Source: Patescibacteria group bacterium (GTDB lineage: Bacteria > Patescibacteriota > Patescibacteriia > UBA2196). Taken from it: a stretch of 64,000 nucleotides of DNA. The stretch covers positions 354-64,353 of the forward strand of contig JAQTPI010000001.1 of NCBI GenBank assembly GCA_028748975.1, given 5' to 3'. The position numbers and the translations under genes are program-made. Positions 1-9,583 of this stretch are shown here, in pieces; position 1 is the first letter of the stretch, and every line of letters starts with the position of its first letter. The notes under the pieces were generated by a model. That model was not told where the DNA came from and did no database searches. It was given only the letters and a program-made list of their open reading frames with translations.

Positions 1-2
1 GA

Positions 3-419
3 CAAAGAACCCAAATGACGCAGGCAGGGCGCAGCGGCAAACAAAATATCGCCGAGGGTTATTTGGAAAAAAGTTTGAAAATGTATATCAAATTGGCCGG
101 TGTCAGCCGCGGTTCCTTTGGCGAACTTTTAGAAGATTATGAGGATATCGCGCGCCAGAAAAAGATTCCTGTTTGGGAGAAAAACGACCAGCGCGTCGGA
201 GCGATCCGAGATATCAGGGTCGGTGAAGGGGTAAAAGTCCCCGATCTCCCCGATAACCCCGAAGAAGCCGTAAACCTTCTTATTACGCTTTTGCACCAAG
301 AAAATTTCTTGCTTGACCGCCAAATTTCCGCTTTGGAGAAAAAATTTATTGCCGAAGGCGGCTATTCGGAGAAGCTTTATCAAGACAGATTACAACAAAG
401 AAATCTTAATAAAAAATAA
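3..419 (+). CDS. hypothetical protein, 5'-partial at window edge; possible four-helix-bundle (23S rRNA IVS-type) protein
   Basis: The ORF stays open to the window start. It contains an 'NIAEGY...GS.GEL' motif reminiscent of the four-helix-bundle family. The C-terminal half is not diagnostic. Confidence 0.3.
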   Translation, partial: QRTQMTQAGRSGKQNIAEGYLEKSLKMYIKLAGVSRGSFGELLEDYEDIARQKKIPVWEKNDQRVGAIRDIRVGEGVKVPDLPDNPEEAVNLLITLLHQENFLLDRQISALEKKFIAEGGYSEKLYQDRLQQRNLNKK

Positions 420-429
420 ATATATTTAT

Positions 430-1857
430 ATGCAAAGAACTATTTCAATCGAAACACCTAAAAAGATTAATGAAAGCGTCCGCCTCTGCGGCTGGGTTAA
501 TAATCGCAGAAATATGGGCAAAATCACCTTTTTGGATTTGCGCGACCGCTCCGGAATTGTGCAGGTTGTTTGCGTGCCGGCCGAACTGGACGACGTCAGT
601 AATGAAATCTTAAAAGAAATTCGCCCGGAATTTGTTTTGGAAATTGAGGGCCTGGTGCAGGCGCGCGGCGAAAAATCCGTCAATAAAAATTTGGCCACCG
701 GCACTGTGGAAATTTTAGCAAAAAATATAAAAATACTTTCCACCGCAGAAACTCCGCCTTTTGAAATTAATAACGAGGATCTTAAGGCCAACGAAGAATT
801 GCGCCTGAAATATCGCTATCTTGATTTGCGCCACGAACGGATGAAAAACAACATCATCGTGCGCTCCAAAATGATGCAATTTGTGCGCAATTTTTTACAT
901 GGCAAAGATTTTGTGGAAATTCACACGCCGATTCTTTCCAAGTCCACGCCCGAAGGCGCGCGCGACTATTTGGTGCCTTCTCGAAAATATCCGGGCAAGT
1001 TTTTCGCTCTGCCCCAGGCCCCGCAGCAATACAAACAGCTTTTGATGGTTTCCGGCCTGGAAAAGTATTTCCAAATCGCGCCTTGTTTTCGCGATGAAGA
1101 CGCCCGCGCCGACCGCAGCCCCGGCGAATTTTATCAAATTGACATGGAAATGAGTTTTGTGAAACAAGAAGATATTTTAAATTTGGTGGAGAGTATGTTT
1201 ACCAAAATGATCAAAGAATTGTGGCCGGAAAAAAAGATGACTTTTGCCAAATGGCCCAGATTAGACTGGCAAGAGGTGATGGACAAATACAAAACCGACA
1301 AGCCCGATTTGCGCCAAGATAAAAACGACCCCAACGAATTGGCTTTTGCTTTTATTGTGGATTTTCCTCTGTTTTCCAAACAAGCAAAAGATAAAAATAG
1401 CGAAGAACATTTTCATGGCAGTTCGGGTGCTTGGGCTCCTTCCCACAATATGTTTACTCGCCCCAAAGACGAGGATTTGGCGCTTTTGGAAACCGACCCT
1501 GGTAAGGTAAAATCTTACCAGCACGATTTGGTTTTAAACGGCATTGAAGTTGGCGGCGGGGCACTCAGAATTTATGACGCCAAAATTCAGGAAAAGATTT
1601 TTGATTTGATTGGTTTTACCAAAAAAGACAAGGAAATGTTTGCGCATCTGCTTAAGGCTTTTTCTTTTGGCGTGCCGCCGCATGGTGGCATGGCGCCTGG
1701 TTTTGACAGGTTGCTCGCGATTTTACAAAAAGAAGAAAGCATTCGCGAAGTCATTGCTTTCCCGCTTCTGGCCGACGCCCACGACCCATTGATGGACGCG
1801 CCAAGCGAGGTGAGTGATGATCAACTAAAAGAACTGCATTTAAAAATTACCAAATAA
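430..1857 (+). CDS. aspS: aspartyl-tRNA synthetase (bacterial type)
   Basis: N-terminal OB-fold anticodon-binding domain followed by a class II core with the 'FRDEDARADRSPGEFYQIDMEMSF' motif 2 and 'GGGALRIYD...GMAPGFDRL' motif 3. Start chosen at the ATG at 430 (MQRTISIE), not the upstream ORF-track start. Confidence 0.9.
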   Translation: MQRTISIETPKKINESVRLCGWVNNRRNMGKITFLDLRDRSGIVQVVCVPAELDDVSNEILKEIRPEFVLEIEGLVQARGEKSVNKNLATGTVEILAKNIKILSTAETPPFEINNEDLKANEELRLKYRYLDLRHERMKNNIIVRSKMMQFVRNFLHGKDFVEIHTPILSKSTPEGARDYLVPSRKYPGKFFALPQAPQQYKQLLMVSGLEKYFQIAPCFRDEDARADRSPGEFYQIDMEMSFVKQEDILNLVESMFTKMIKELWPEKKMTFAKWPRLDWQEVMDKYKTDKPDLRQDKNDPNELAFAFIVDFPLFSKQAKDKNSEEHFHGSSGAWAPSHNMFTRPKDEDLALLETDPGKVKSYQHDLVLNGIEVGGGALRIYDAKIQEKIFDLIGFTKKDKEMFAHLLKAFSFGVPPHGGMAPGFDRLLAILQKEESIREVIAFPLLADAHDPLMDAPSEVSDDQLKELHLKITK

Positions 1858-1861
1858 AAAT

Positions 1862-2248
1862 ATGATTTTAGAAAAAAAACACCAATCACCACAAGAAAAA
1901 AGTTCTTCCGCCGCCGAGATTGAATTTCGTGCTAAAAAAAATTTGGAAACGCGCGAAGATAGGCAACAAGAAGCGGAAAAATTTATCGCCTCGCTTTCCC
2001 AGAAGCCAAAATTTTGGAAACTGACTGGCAGTTCCGCTGACGGGAGTTTTAAACTCGACAGCGACGTCGATGTCACCGCTCTTTATGAAAAAGACGCCGA
2101 TATTCCCATGGCTGAAATTCTGGCGCGCCGGGATCCGGACAATGATTTGGTTGATGGCTTTATTGATTTTCATTATTTTGCCGAAGACTGGGCCGTCTAC
2201 CAGCAAAAACCAGAATTACTGGAAGTGTTGAAGAAATCGTTACTCTAA
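1862..2248 (+). CDS. minimal nucleotidyltransferase (Pol-beta superfamily) domain protein
   Basis: 'GSSADGSFKLDSDVDV' matches the GS...DxD nucleotidyltransferase signature. The start is immediately after the aspS stop. Confidence 0.5.
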   Translation: MILEKKHQSPQEKSSSAAEIEFRAKKNLETREDRQQEAEKFIASLSQKPKFWKLTGSSADGSFKLDSDVDVTALYEKDADIPMAEILARRDPDNDLVDGFIDFHYFAEDWAVYQQKPELLEVLKKSLL

Positions 2249-2263
2249 AAAATTAAAACAGTT

Positions 2264-5179
2264 ATGTTTGAAAGAAAAATTTATTTCACCGGTATTCTTT
2301 TACTGACCGCGGTTTTTGTCGGCCAGTTTTTTTGCCACCCTGTTTTGGCCGCGCCGGCCTACAACCAGACCACCGGCGTCTACACTGATGATTTTGCCGA
2401 CAACACCGGCTTCACCACTCGAAGTTATGTCAATGTCAACGCCGGCAAACTCCAGTTGACTCATGACGATGACCAAACCGCTTTTACCGCGCCATATAAG
2501 ACTTCTGGTTACGCTTACAGCGCAAAAATTATCCCCACCAGCGTGGCCGAATGGGGAACCTTAAGTTTTGACGCGGTCATCCCCGAGGGCACAACTTTAA
2601 AAGTCCAAGTTTATGATTATTATGATGCCGATTATAACGCGCCCTATAGCGACATCTATTTGACGGGCAACAGTACCGGCTTTTCCACTTCTCCCATTGA
2701 TATCAGTGGCCTGCCAATTTATAGCAGTACCTTAACCGCTCGGGACAAAATAACTAGAATCAATATTAAAGTCACCATGACTACCACCAATACAGATACT
2801 CCGACTTTGGATAATCTGCAGCTTACTTGGACTACTTCGCAGGGCGACCTGACTGCCCAGCCGCTTTACAATTCACCTTGGCCGACAGAACTGCTGAATA
2901 ATCAGGGAACTCTTCGCTCGGCTTATGCCAACAGCAGCGTTTACCCGGCTTTTAAGTGGGCCAGGGATAAGAAAACCACCAATAATTCTCTTTATACCAA
3001 TTTAATTTATGATGGTAAAATTTATTATTCAGATTATTATGAAGATCCGTATCTATATGCCATTAATCGCGACACTGGCGTAGCGCTTTGGCAGAAACAA
3101 TATTTTCCTTTTGGCCACCCGTCCGTCAGTCAAAACGGCACTTTCTATGAGTGGGACATTTCCAACGATACTTTTATCGCCGTTGATTTGGCTGATGGTT
3201 CAGTCAAATGGACTTACGCGTCTTTGGCTGGTCATGGCAATGCCTACACTACCATCGGCGATGATGGTATGATCTATTTTATCACCGCGCCTTCCTCCAA
3301 TGCTAATTTTACGGTTTATGCCATGAATCCCGACGGTTCGGTTGAATGGACAAAAAATCTCGACCCCACCATCTATGATGATTTGATTGGTCGAATAATG
3401 ATCGGTCCCGATGATAATTTATATCTTGCGACCCCATCATCTAATGATTCAACAAATAAATACACCGGTCTTGGTCGACTCTATTCCCTCAGTCCCACCG
3501 ACGGCGCGGTTAATTGGTCTTATGAGGTGGGTGATGTTGGCGGCGAGGCCACCGCGATTGATGACGACGGTGTGATTTATGTTGGCATTGAAGACGTCAC
3601 TTCTTCTGGCCAGGCCAAAAAAATATATGCCTTCAATTCCGACGGCAGTGTCAAGTGGTCTCGAAATCATTTAAGTAGCAATGATATTGGCTATTACAAA
3701 TTTGCCCTCCGCAGTGATAATGTTTTGGTGGCGCACCGTTACAACGCCAGCTACGCTTCTTATTATCTTGATGGTTTTGATACGGCCGACGGCGACCTCT
3801 TATGGTCAATCCCGTCCAGTTATTACGGGAAAGAGTTTTTTTTAGATAAAAACAATGGTTTGTTTGAGGACTACAGCGACGACGCCGGCGTCGTCAGCGA
3901 AAAATATTATGACGCTGACAGAAATCTAAAATGGAAAATTTATTATAATTATTCCGTTGCCGACGGCACCAATAGCCAATATTATTATTTCGGTTTTTAT
4001 CGCGGGCCCATCATGGATGAGCGCGGCTGGCTTTACGGTGGTTTTAGCCGGTTTTATTATGATGCCAGCCGGACGGAAATCGTTGCCAATGAATTTCTCC
4101 AATATTTTGCCTTGGCCCCCTGGACCCTGACTAATTCCTCCAGTATCTCCGGTATTAAACTTGAGGGTGACACTTTGAATTTTTCCGCGACCACAAGCAT
4201 GCTTGAAACTAATCCGCTTTTTGGTGGCACCAATCAGGTCCAGGTGGTTCTTGACAATGGCGATAAGGTGCCCCTAAGCTACAGCTCCACCGCTGCCAAT
4301 GGCGACACAGTCTGGACAGGTTCTTATACTTTCCCTAAAAGCGGTCTTGGCTGTGGCACCCACTCCTACACCGTGGAAGCCAGCCAGACGTATCTTCAAA
4401 CCGATATCACCACGCATTTTGCTTCCGCTCCCACCAATTCCAATAACACCGGCATCACCGCTTCTGGAACTTTTACTTCCATTGGCTGTGGCGGTGGTTT
4501 TGAGCCCGAAGCCTATAATCCGCCCACCCCGCCCACTGGCGCTGGCTTTCAGGTCATTATTAACAATAATGATAAAACAACCAATGACAGAGAAGTTACC
4601 CTTAATTTAATTGGTGGTCCTGATACCGCCAAAATTTCTTTGTCTAATACTCTGGATTTTAAAAACGCGATTCAAGAAAATTATCAAGCTACAAAACAAT
4701 GGGATCTCTGTTCCAGTTCTGGCAATATTATCAAAAACACCTTCTGTCCTGCCGGAGAAAAAATAGTCTATGCCAAGTTCTTCACCAAGTACGGCGTGGC
4801 TACGAGCGCGGTCTTTGACGCCATCAGCTATCAGCCGATAAACACCCCAAGTGCGGCCCGCCCGCTTAACATCGGAAAAATATTAGGTGTCAATAATTCC
4901 AACACTTTTCTAAAAGACCTCAAACTCGGCCAAACCAATTTTGATGTCAAAAGATTGCAAATTTTTCTAAATTCCGATCCTGACACTCAAATTGCCAGAT
5001 CCGGTCCTGGTTCTCCCGGCCAGGAAACTTTCTTTTTTGGCTCTCTCACCAAACTTTCCGTGATTAAATTTCAAGAGAAATATGCCGAAGATATTTTAGT
5101 TCCTCTGGGTTTAAAGCAAGGCACTGGTTTTGTCAGTAAAAACACCAGACTGAAGATAAATGAGTTAATGGGGAAGTAA
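2264..5179 (+). CDS. large secreted PQQ-like beta-propeller repeat protein with C-terminal peptidoglycan-binding-like domain
   Basis: N-terminal signal peptide (MFERKIYFTGILLLTAVFVGQFFCHPVLAAP). Repeated 'DGSVKWT/DGSVEWT/DGAVNWS/DGDLLWS' blades typical of PQQ/BamB-like propellers. C-terminal 'VKRLQIFLN...FGSLTKLSVIKFQEKY' resembles a PG_binding_1 domain. Confidence 0.6.
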   Translation: MFERKIYFTGILLLTAVFVGQFFCHPVLAAPAYNQTTGVYTDDFADNTGFTTRSYVNVNAGKLQLTHDDDQTAFTAPYKTSGYAYSAKIIPTSVAEWGTLSFDAVIPEGTTLKVQVYDYYDADYNAPYSDIYLTGNSTGFSTSPIDISGLPIYSSTLTARDKITRINIKVTMTTTNTDTPTLDNLQLTWTTSQGDLTAQPLYNSPWPTELLNNQGTLRSAYANSSVYPAFKWARDKKTTNNSLYTNLIYDGKIYYSDYYEDPYLYAINRDTGVALWQKQYFPFGHPSVSQNGTFYEWDISNDTFIAVDLADGSVKWTYASLAGHGNAYTTIGDDGMIYFITAPSSNANFTVYAMNPDGSVEWTKNLDPTIYDDLIGRIMIGPDDNLYLATPSSNDSTNKYTGLGRLYSLSPTDGAVNWSYEVGDVGGEATAIDDDGVIYVGIEDVTSSGQAKKIYAFNSDGSVKWSRNHLSSNDIGYYKFALRSDNVLVAHRYNASYASYYLDGFDTADGDLLWSIPSSYYGKEFFLDKNNGLFEDYSDDAGVVSEKYYDADRNLKWKIYYNYSVADGTNSQYYYFGFYRGPIMDERGWLYGGFSRFYYDASRTEIVANEFLQYFALAPWTLTNSSSISGIKLEGDTLNFSATTSMLETNPLFGGTNQVQVVLDNGDKVPLSYSSTAANGDTVWTGSYTFPKSGLGCGTHSYTVEASQTYLQTDITTHFASAPTNSNNTGITASGTFTSIGCGGGFEPEAYNPPTPPTGAGFQVIINNNDKTTNDREVTLNLIGGPDTAKISLSNTLDFKNAIQENYQATKQWDLCSSSGNIIKNTFCPAGEKIVYAKFFTKYGVATSAVFDAISYQPINTPSAARPLNIGKILGVNNSNTFLKDLKLGQTNFDVKRLQIFLNSDPDTQIARSGPGSPGQETFFFGSLTKLSVIKFQEKYAEDILVPLGLKQGTGFVSKNTRLKINELMGK

Positions 5180-5284
5180 ACTAAGTTTTTTTTATCATAT
5201 AAAAATATGATATAATATCTTTGTCAATAACTAATTTTACCCACCTGTGGATAAGTCTATTGGTGTTGGTAAAAAACATAATCT

Positions 5285-6703
5285 ATGAGAAACCTCCCCG
5301 CTAAAATTTTTAAGAATACTTTTACAGTTGCTTTAACCGTGATTGTTTCTTCGTTCCTTGTTGTTGGCGTGGTTGCGGCCTCAACCACCATCAGCACCAA
5401 CATTGTCACTGATGGCACCATTACAGCTGCTACTAAAATTGGCGCGGCTACCACTACCCCTTTTTATCCTTTGGATGTGAATGGCGATATTCATCAAATT
5501 GGCACGGCTAAGTTCTACCAGAACTATCTGCCCGTGTTTGTGGCTTCTTCCACCATTAAATCTGTTTCCGTCGGTACCGAGGCGGGGAAGGTTTTGGATA
5601 ATAATGGAATAGAAAATGTTTTTGTCGGCTATCAAGCCGGTTTAATCGCCACTTCCTCTGTTGAAAATACCGTCATTGGCACCCAAGCCATGGGCAATGC
5701 CTGGGGCGGTATTAAGGGTGCTCTTGGTTTTAATGTCGCTGTTGGTTATCAGGCGCTCTATTCCGATACCGTCGGTTATAATAATATCGCCGTTGGCTAT
5801 CAAGCCCTTTACGATAACACCGAAGGCGCTGATAATGTGGCTGTTGGTACTTGGTCCTTAGCCAATAATACAACCGGTAATTTTAATACGGCCATGGGGC
5901 GTGACAGTTTATATGTGAATACAACTGGCAGAGAAAATGTGGCTTTTGGCATGCAGACTTTAAACGCTAATACCATTGGTAACTATAATACTGCCATAGG
6001 AAAAGATACCCTAAGCGGCAGTGTCAATGGAAGCAACAATTCTGCCCTTGGTTTCCAGGCGCTTAATTGGATGACGGAGGGATCTTGGAACACGGCACTT
6101 GGTTCTTATGCTTTAGGGCAAACCTATACTAAATCTTTTGCCAACACCGCTGTTGGTTTTGAAGCTGGTCTGACCAATGGCAATAGTCCCTATTATTCCA
6201 ATGCCTCGAGTACCTGGATTGGTTACCAGGCTGGTAAAAATATTCGCACCGGCTCAAGCAACATTGCTCTTGGTTATAAAGCCGCTGAAGCTTTAACCAC
6301 CGGTTCTAATAACATCGTGATTGGTTATGACGTTGACGCCCGCGCCGTGGATGCCAGTAACACTTTAAATATTGGCAATATTTTATTTGGTGATAATTTA
6401 GTTGGCACTGACACCACCATTCGTGGCCGCATCGGCATTGCCACTTCCACTCCCTGGCGGACCAACTTAATGGATTATGGTTTTGTGGTGGCCACCTCCA
6501 CCTTGATTGATGCCAACGCTACCACCACCGGTAACTTTATTATTGGTGATGGTAACACCACCCCAACTTCCACTTTGGAAATTGGCGGTGGCACTGTGGC
6601 CGGCTGTCTAAAAATCAGAGATGCCAACGCCGACGCCTGGACCTATTGCTATACTGATGATGGTAATTTAAGATGCACCACCGAAGATGTTTGCAACAAA
6701 TAA
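5285..6703 (+). CDS. secreted repeat protein with tail-fibre-like 'NxAxG(x)QAL' beta-helical repeats and Cys-rich C-terminus
   Basis: N-terminal TM/signal segment. More than 15 tandem ~15-aa repeats ('NIAVGYQALYDNTEGADNVAVGTWSLANNTTGNFNTAMG...'). C-terminus 'CLKIRDANADAWTYCYTDDGNLRCTTEDVCNK'. Confidence 0.55.
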   Translation: MRNLPAKIFKNTFTVALTVIVSSFLVVGVVAASTTISTNIVTDGTITAATKIGAATTTPFYPLDVNGDIHQIGTAKFYQNYLPVFVASSTIKSVSVGTEAGKVLDNNGIENVFVGYQAGLIATSSVENTVIGTQAMGNAWGGIKGALGFNVAVGYQALYSDTVGYNNIAVGYQALYDNTEGADNVAVGTWSLANNTTGNFNTAMGRDSLYVNTTGRENVAFGMQTLNANTIGNYNTAIGKDTLSGSVNGSNNSALGFQALNWMTEGSWNTALGSYALGQTYTKSFANTAVGFEAGLTNGNSPYYSNASSTWIGYQAGKNIRTGSSNIALGYKAAEALTTGSNNIVIGYDVDARAVDASNTLNIGNILFGDNLVGTDTTIRGRIGIATSTPWRTNLMDYGFVVATSTLIDANATTTGNFIIGDGNTTPTSTLEIGGGTVAGCLKIRDANADAWTYCYTDDGNLRCTTEDVCNK

Positions 6704-6714
6704 TCTTTGAGTAA

Positions 6715-6752
6715 AAAAAGACAGCGTCCAAGCGGGCGCTGTTTTTGTTTGA
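6715..6752. terminator. bidirectional rho-independent terminator
   Basis: Hairpin 'acagcgtccaagcgggcgctgt' is flanked by an A-run upstream and a T-run downstream. It lies between convergent genes 5285..6703 (+) and 6769..6975 (-). Confidence 0.6.
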
Positions 6753-6768
6753 GATTGAGTTGATATTA

Positions 6769-6975
6769 TCACAATCGTTTTTTAAGAGGTTCGGTGTATA
6801 AACTCCCGCAGGTAGGGCAATAATGTAAATTATCCAATGTCGTAAGGGGTGTTTTTGAATGTTCTTCTTGTAAATCTACACAATCTCCACCCACCGGCAC
6901 ATCAAATACCGTTTTGCATATTTGACATCGCCACGACTCCATCCTTGGCATAATACCGCGTTTTTCTAAGGGCAT
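6769..6975 (-). CDS. small zinc-ribbon protein
   Basis: Contains 'CQIC ... CPTC' (CxxC...CxxC) in 68 aa. Confidence 0.45.
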   Translation of the reverse strand: MPLEKRGIMPRMESWRCQICKTVFDVPVGGDCVDLQEEHSKTPLTTLDNLHYCPTCGSLYTEPLKKRL

Positions 6976-7006
6976 TTTTTTCTCCTTGTTTTTTTATTTG
7001 TAGTTC

Positions 7007-7160
7007 AGGAATCGTCGGGAAGTGATGGTTCATCTTCCACTGTCATTAACGGCCTGACGTCGGCGCTCCCACAGTAAGAACAGTTTACTACTCCAGTTAC
7101 GCCCGTGTTGACCGAAAAAGATTTTTTACAAGTATTGCAAACATGGGTATTCTTTGTCAT
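7007..7160 (-). CDS. small zinc-ribbon protein (50 aa, below the ORF-track cutoff)
   Basis: My translation of the minus strand gives MTKNTHVCNTCKKSFSVNTGVTGVVNCSYCGSADVRPLMTVEDEPSLPDDS. A strong RBS (the reverse complement of 'ccccttcctcc') lies immediately 5'. It sits in tandem with the 6769..6975 zinc ribbon. Confidence 0.45.
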
Positions 7161-7225
7161 TGGTTCCATATCCCCTTCCTCCTTGTTCTGTTTTTTGACT
7201 TGTTTTTGGGTTGACTAATGTGCTA

Positions 7226-7236
7226 TAATTTAAGTG
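7226..7236 (+). promoter_or_regulatory. putative extended -10 promoter (tgcTATAAT)
   Basis: 'TGcTATAAT' lies about 95 bp upstream of the 7333 start. Confidence 0.3.
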
Positions 7237-7332
7237 TAAATCATCGCCTATGCGGCTGTCAAATAAAGACGGTTAACAAAAAACCACCAGGCAAATAATT
7301 AGTTATTTTAAAAATTAAAAATAATCCAAGCG

Positions 7333-7776
7333 ATGATCCCCAACCTTTTTAAAAAAGAACCCATCCCGAAAAAAATTCCTCTAGAAATGCAGAAAGTGGT
7401 GAAAAAATTAAAAAAATGTAAAAGCAAAGAAGAATGTCTGAAGCTGGCTTACGGGGTGATGACAAAAAGATATCGCGGGTATAGGTTTACCACTTATTTG
7501 CGTTTGGGTGAAATTTTTGAGAATGATGTCAATAAGTTGTGGGCCAGGCGCGGTTTTTTGCACTGTAATTTAATGAATTTTCTGTTGCGAGTTTTATTAG
7601 TTAAAAGTGGCTGGTTTAAAGAAAAAGATATAGAACAAAATCATTGCTTGGTCTGGTATATTTCCCTGCATCAGTATTTGCGGGTGGCTGTGGGCGGCGG
7701 AAAGAAAATAAATGTGGATTTGTGGAACGCCTCTTATGGCAAAAAATTCGGGCAGTATGCCCACGGGTTTAGTTAA
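7333..7776 (+). CDS. transglutaminase-like (papain-fold) domain protein
   Basis: Ordered Cys/His/Asp core: 'GFLHCNLMNFLLRVLL', then 'NHCLVWYISLH', then 'INVDLWN'. Confidence 0.45.
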   Translation: MIPNLFKKEPIPKKIPLEMQKVVKKLKKCKSKEECLKLAYGVMTKRYRGYRFTTYLRLGEIFENDVNKLWARRGFLHCNLMNFLLRVLLVKSGWFKEKDIEQNHCLVWYISLHQYLRVAVGGGKKINVDLWNASYGKKFGQYAHGFS

Positions 7777-7783
7777 AAAATGT

Positions 7784-8107
7784 ATGCGCTTGTCAAACCT
7801 CCAAAAATTTATTCTGTTAGAATGCCTAAACTCAAAAACAGGCAAAATTTTGCGTGGAAAATTAAATAAGTTTTATGAGAAAATTGAAAAGAAACCTAAA
7901 ATTGAAATGATGACGAAAATTATCACGCAAAGTATGGAGCGCCTAATTGAAAAAGAACTGCTCGTCGGTTTTGGCGAGCGCACTTCGCATAAATGGTTCA
8001 TTAAAGAAATAAAAATTACGCCGTTTGGCAGAAGAGTAACCAAGAAATTGTTGGGAGAGCAGATGTCTTTGCCGTTTAGTAAAAGCATTAAAGCATTAAA
8101 GCATTAA
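7784..8107 (+). CDS. hypothetical protein (possible winged-helix fold)
   Basis: In-frame ATG (MRLSNLQKFILLECLNSKTGKIL...) lies just after the upstream stop. The 3' end is a 'gcattaaagcattaaagcattaaagcatta' tandem repeat. Confidence 0.35.
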   Translation: MRLSNLQKFILLECLNSKTGKILRGKLNKFYEKIEKKPKIEMMTKIITQSMERLIEKELLVGFGERTSHKWFIKEIKITPFGRRVTKKLLGEQMSLPFSKSIKALKH

Positions 8108-8175
8108 AGCATTATTTACCTGCCTGCCGGCAAGGCAGGAAAATTACAAAATTAAAAATTAAAAATTGTAAATAT

Positions 8176-8691
8176 ATGAACAAAAAACTACAAAAATTAT
8201 TAGATGAAAGCAAAAAGAAATACGAAATAATAAATCATCGCACCACTTTTACCGCTTATGATGTCGCGGCCACCCTGCATTTGAAATTAAGCCAAATTGC
8301 CAAAAGTTTACTCGTCAAAACCAATAAACCCCTGGTTCACGGCGCCAAGCCCTATGCTTTGGTTGTTGTGCCGGCTGACAAAAATGTGGATTTGAAAAAG
8401 CTGGCCAAAATCATGAGTACCAAAGATATCCGTGTGGCCAAAGTGGAAATTCCGAAAGAGGGGATTATGAAATCACAATTTAAGGTTAAGCCCGGCAGCA
8501 TGGCCGCCTTTGGCTCTCTTTATAAATTACCTGTTTTTGTGGATAAAGCCGTCAAAGGCCAAATGATTTTCGCCGCCGGCAGTTTTGAAGAAAGCATCAA
8601 AATTAAAGCCGAAGATTTCGTCAAAATTGAAAACGCCCAGACCGGCAGTTTTTCCGTGGCTAAAAAAGCAAATAAAAAGAAAAAGAAATAA
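8176..8691 (+). CDS. YbaK/ProX-type aminoacyl-tRNA deacylase domain protein
   Basis: 'IAKSLLVKT...YALVVVPADKNVDLKKLAKIM' and 'GSMAAFG' match the YbaK/EbsC family pattern. Confidence 0.6.
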   Translation: MNKKLQKLLDESKKKYEIINHRTTFTAYDVAATLHLKLSQIAKSLLVKTNKPLVHGAKPYALVVVPADKNVDLKKLAKIMSTKDIRVAKVEIPKEGIMKSQFKVKPGSMAAFGSLYKLPVFVDKAVKGQMIFAAGSFEESIKIKAEDFVKIENAQTGSFSVAKKANKKKKK

Positions 8692-8704
8692 TTTATAAAA
8701 GGGG

Positions 8705-8788
8705 TGTCATCCTGACGACTCGCCGACAAGGCGAGGAGGAAGGATCTCGTACGAGATTCCTCGTCGCCCCGCTCCTCGGAATGACATT
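8705..8788. repeat. intergenic palindromic repeat module ('gtcatcctga...ggaatgaca')
   Basis: Stem-loops 'cgccgacaaggcgaggagg' and 'ggatctcgtacgagattcc'. The terminal 'ggaATGACA' provides the scpA start codon. Confidence 0.7.
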
Positions 8789-9488
8789 TGTTTCAAAAAT
8801 AAACAAGTTTGAAGGTCCGCTTGATCTTCTCTTGCAACTCATTGAAGCCGCTGACTTGGATATTACTGAGGTCTCGATCGCCGATGTGGCCGAACAATTC
8901 ATGGCCTACCTCGCGGCGGTGGAAGAAAAAAATCCGGAAGAACTGGCGGATTTTTTAGTTGTGGCCACAAAACTGCTTTTGATAAAATCGCGCGTGCTTT
9001 TACCAAACGTCGTTTTGGATGAAGAGGGTGAGGGCGATGATTTGGCGCGCCAGCTCAAGATGTATAAAGAATATCTGGACGCCTCCAAAAAAATTGAACA
9101 GATTCTTTTGGACAAAAATATTCTTTTTGCCCGCGAAAAAATTCCGCTGGATATTGAAGCTGTTTTCAATCCGCCCAAAAATATGACCGCCGAAAAACTA
9201 AAAACGCTTTTGATTGGCCTCATCGCCGGCATGGAACCGTTCATTCGCTTGCCGCAAAAATCTTTGGAGCGCGCCGTGTCCATCAAAGAAAAAATCGAAC
9301 AAATCAGAAATAAAATTTTAAACAAAATTAATACCAGTTTTCGCGAACTCGTTGGCGATTCCAAAAACCGCACCGATTTAATCGTCACCTTTTTGGGTCT
9401 TCTGGAATTGGTCAAACAGCGGACAATCGTGGTCAAGCAAGATAAGATGTTTGATGATATTTCCGTATCGCGACTCAACACAGATTAA
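8781..9488 (+). CDS. scpA: segregation and condensation protein A
   Basis: N-terminal 'FEGPLDLLLQLIEAADLDITEVSIADVAEQFMAYL' is the ScpA signature. Confidence 0.8.
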   Translation: MTFVSKINKFEGPLDLLLQLIEAADLDITEVSIADVAEQFMAYLAAVEEKNPEELADFLVVATKLLLIKSRVLLPNVVLDEEGEGDDLARQLKMYKEYLDASKKIEQILLDKNILFAREKIPLDIEAVFNPPKNMTAEKLKTLLIGLIAGMEPFIRLPQKSLERAVSIKEKIEQIRNKILNKINTSFRELVGDSKNRTDLIVTFLGLLELVKQRTIVVKQDKMFDDISVSRLNTD

Positions 9489-9567
9489 TTTTTTGTCATT
9501 CCGGCCCCCGAGCCGGAATCCAGAAAAAATGTTCCTGGATCCCGGGTCACGGCCCGGGATGACATAA
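9489..9567. repeat. intergenic palindromic repeat modules ('tgtcattccggcccccgagccggaatc' plus 'ggatcccgggtcacggcccgggatgaca')
   Basis: Two hairpin modules. The same modules recur at 27125, 11700, 32890, 45400 and 52795. Confidence 0.7.
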
Positions 9568-9583
9568 TTACTACAAAAAATTT

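Noticed and set aside
8906-9481. 191-aa minus-strand ORF antisense to scpA; also 4299..4610, 12844..13035, 13690..13980, 37485..37910, 44261..44767, 47343..47714, 49560..50456, 56225..56668 and 62915..63325
   Set aside because: All are embedded in or antisense to confidently assigned genes on the other strand or frame. Ser/Lys/Phe-rich artefacts of AT-rich sequence.
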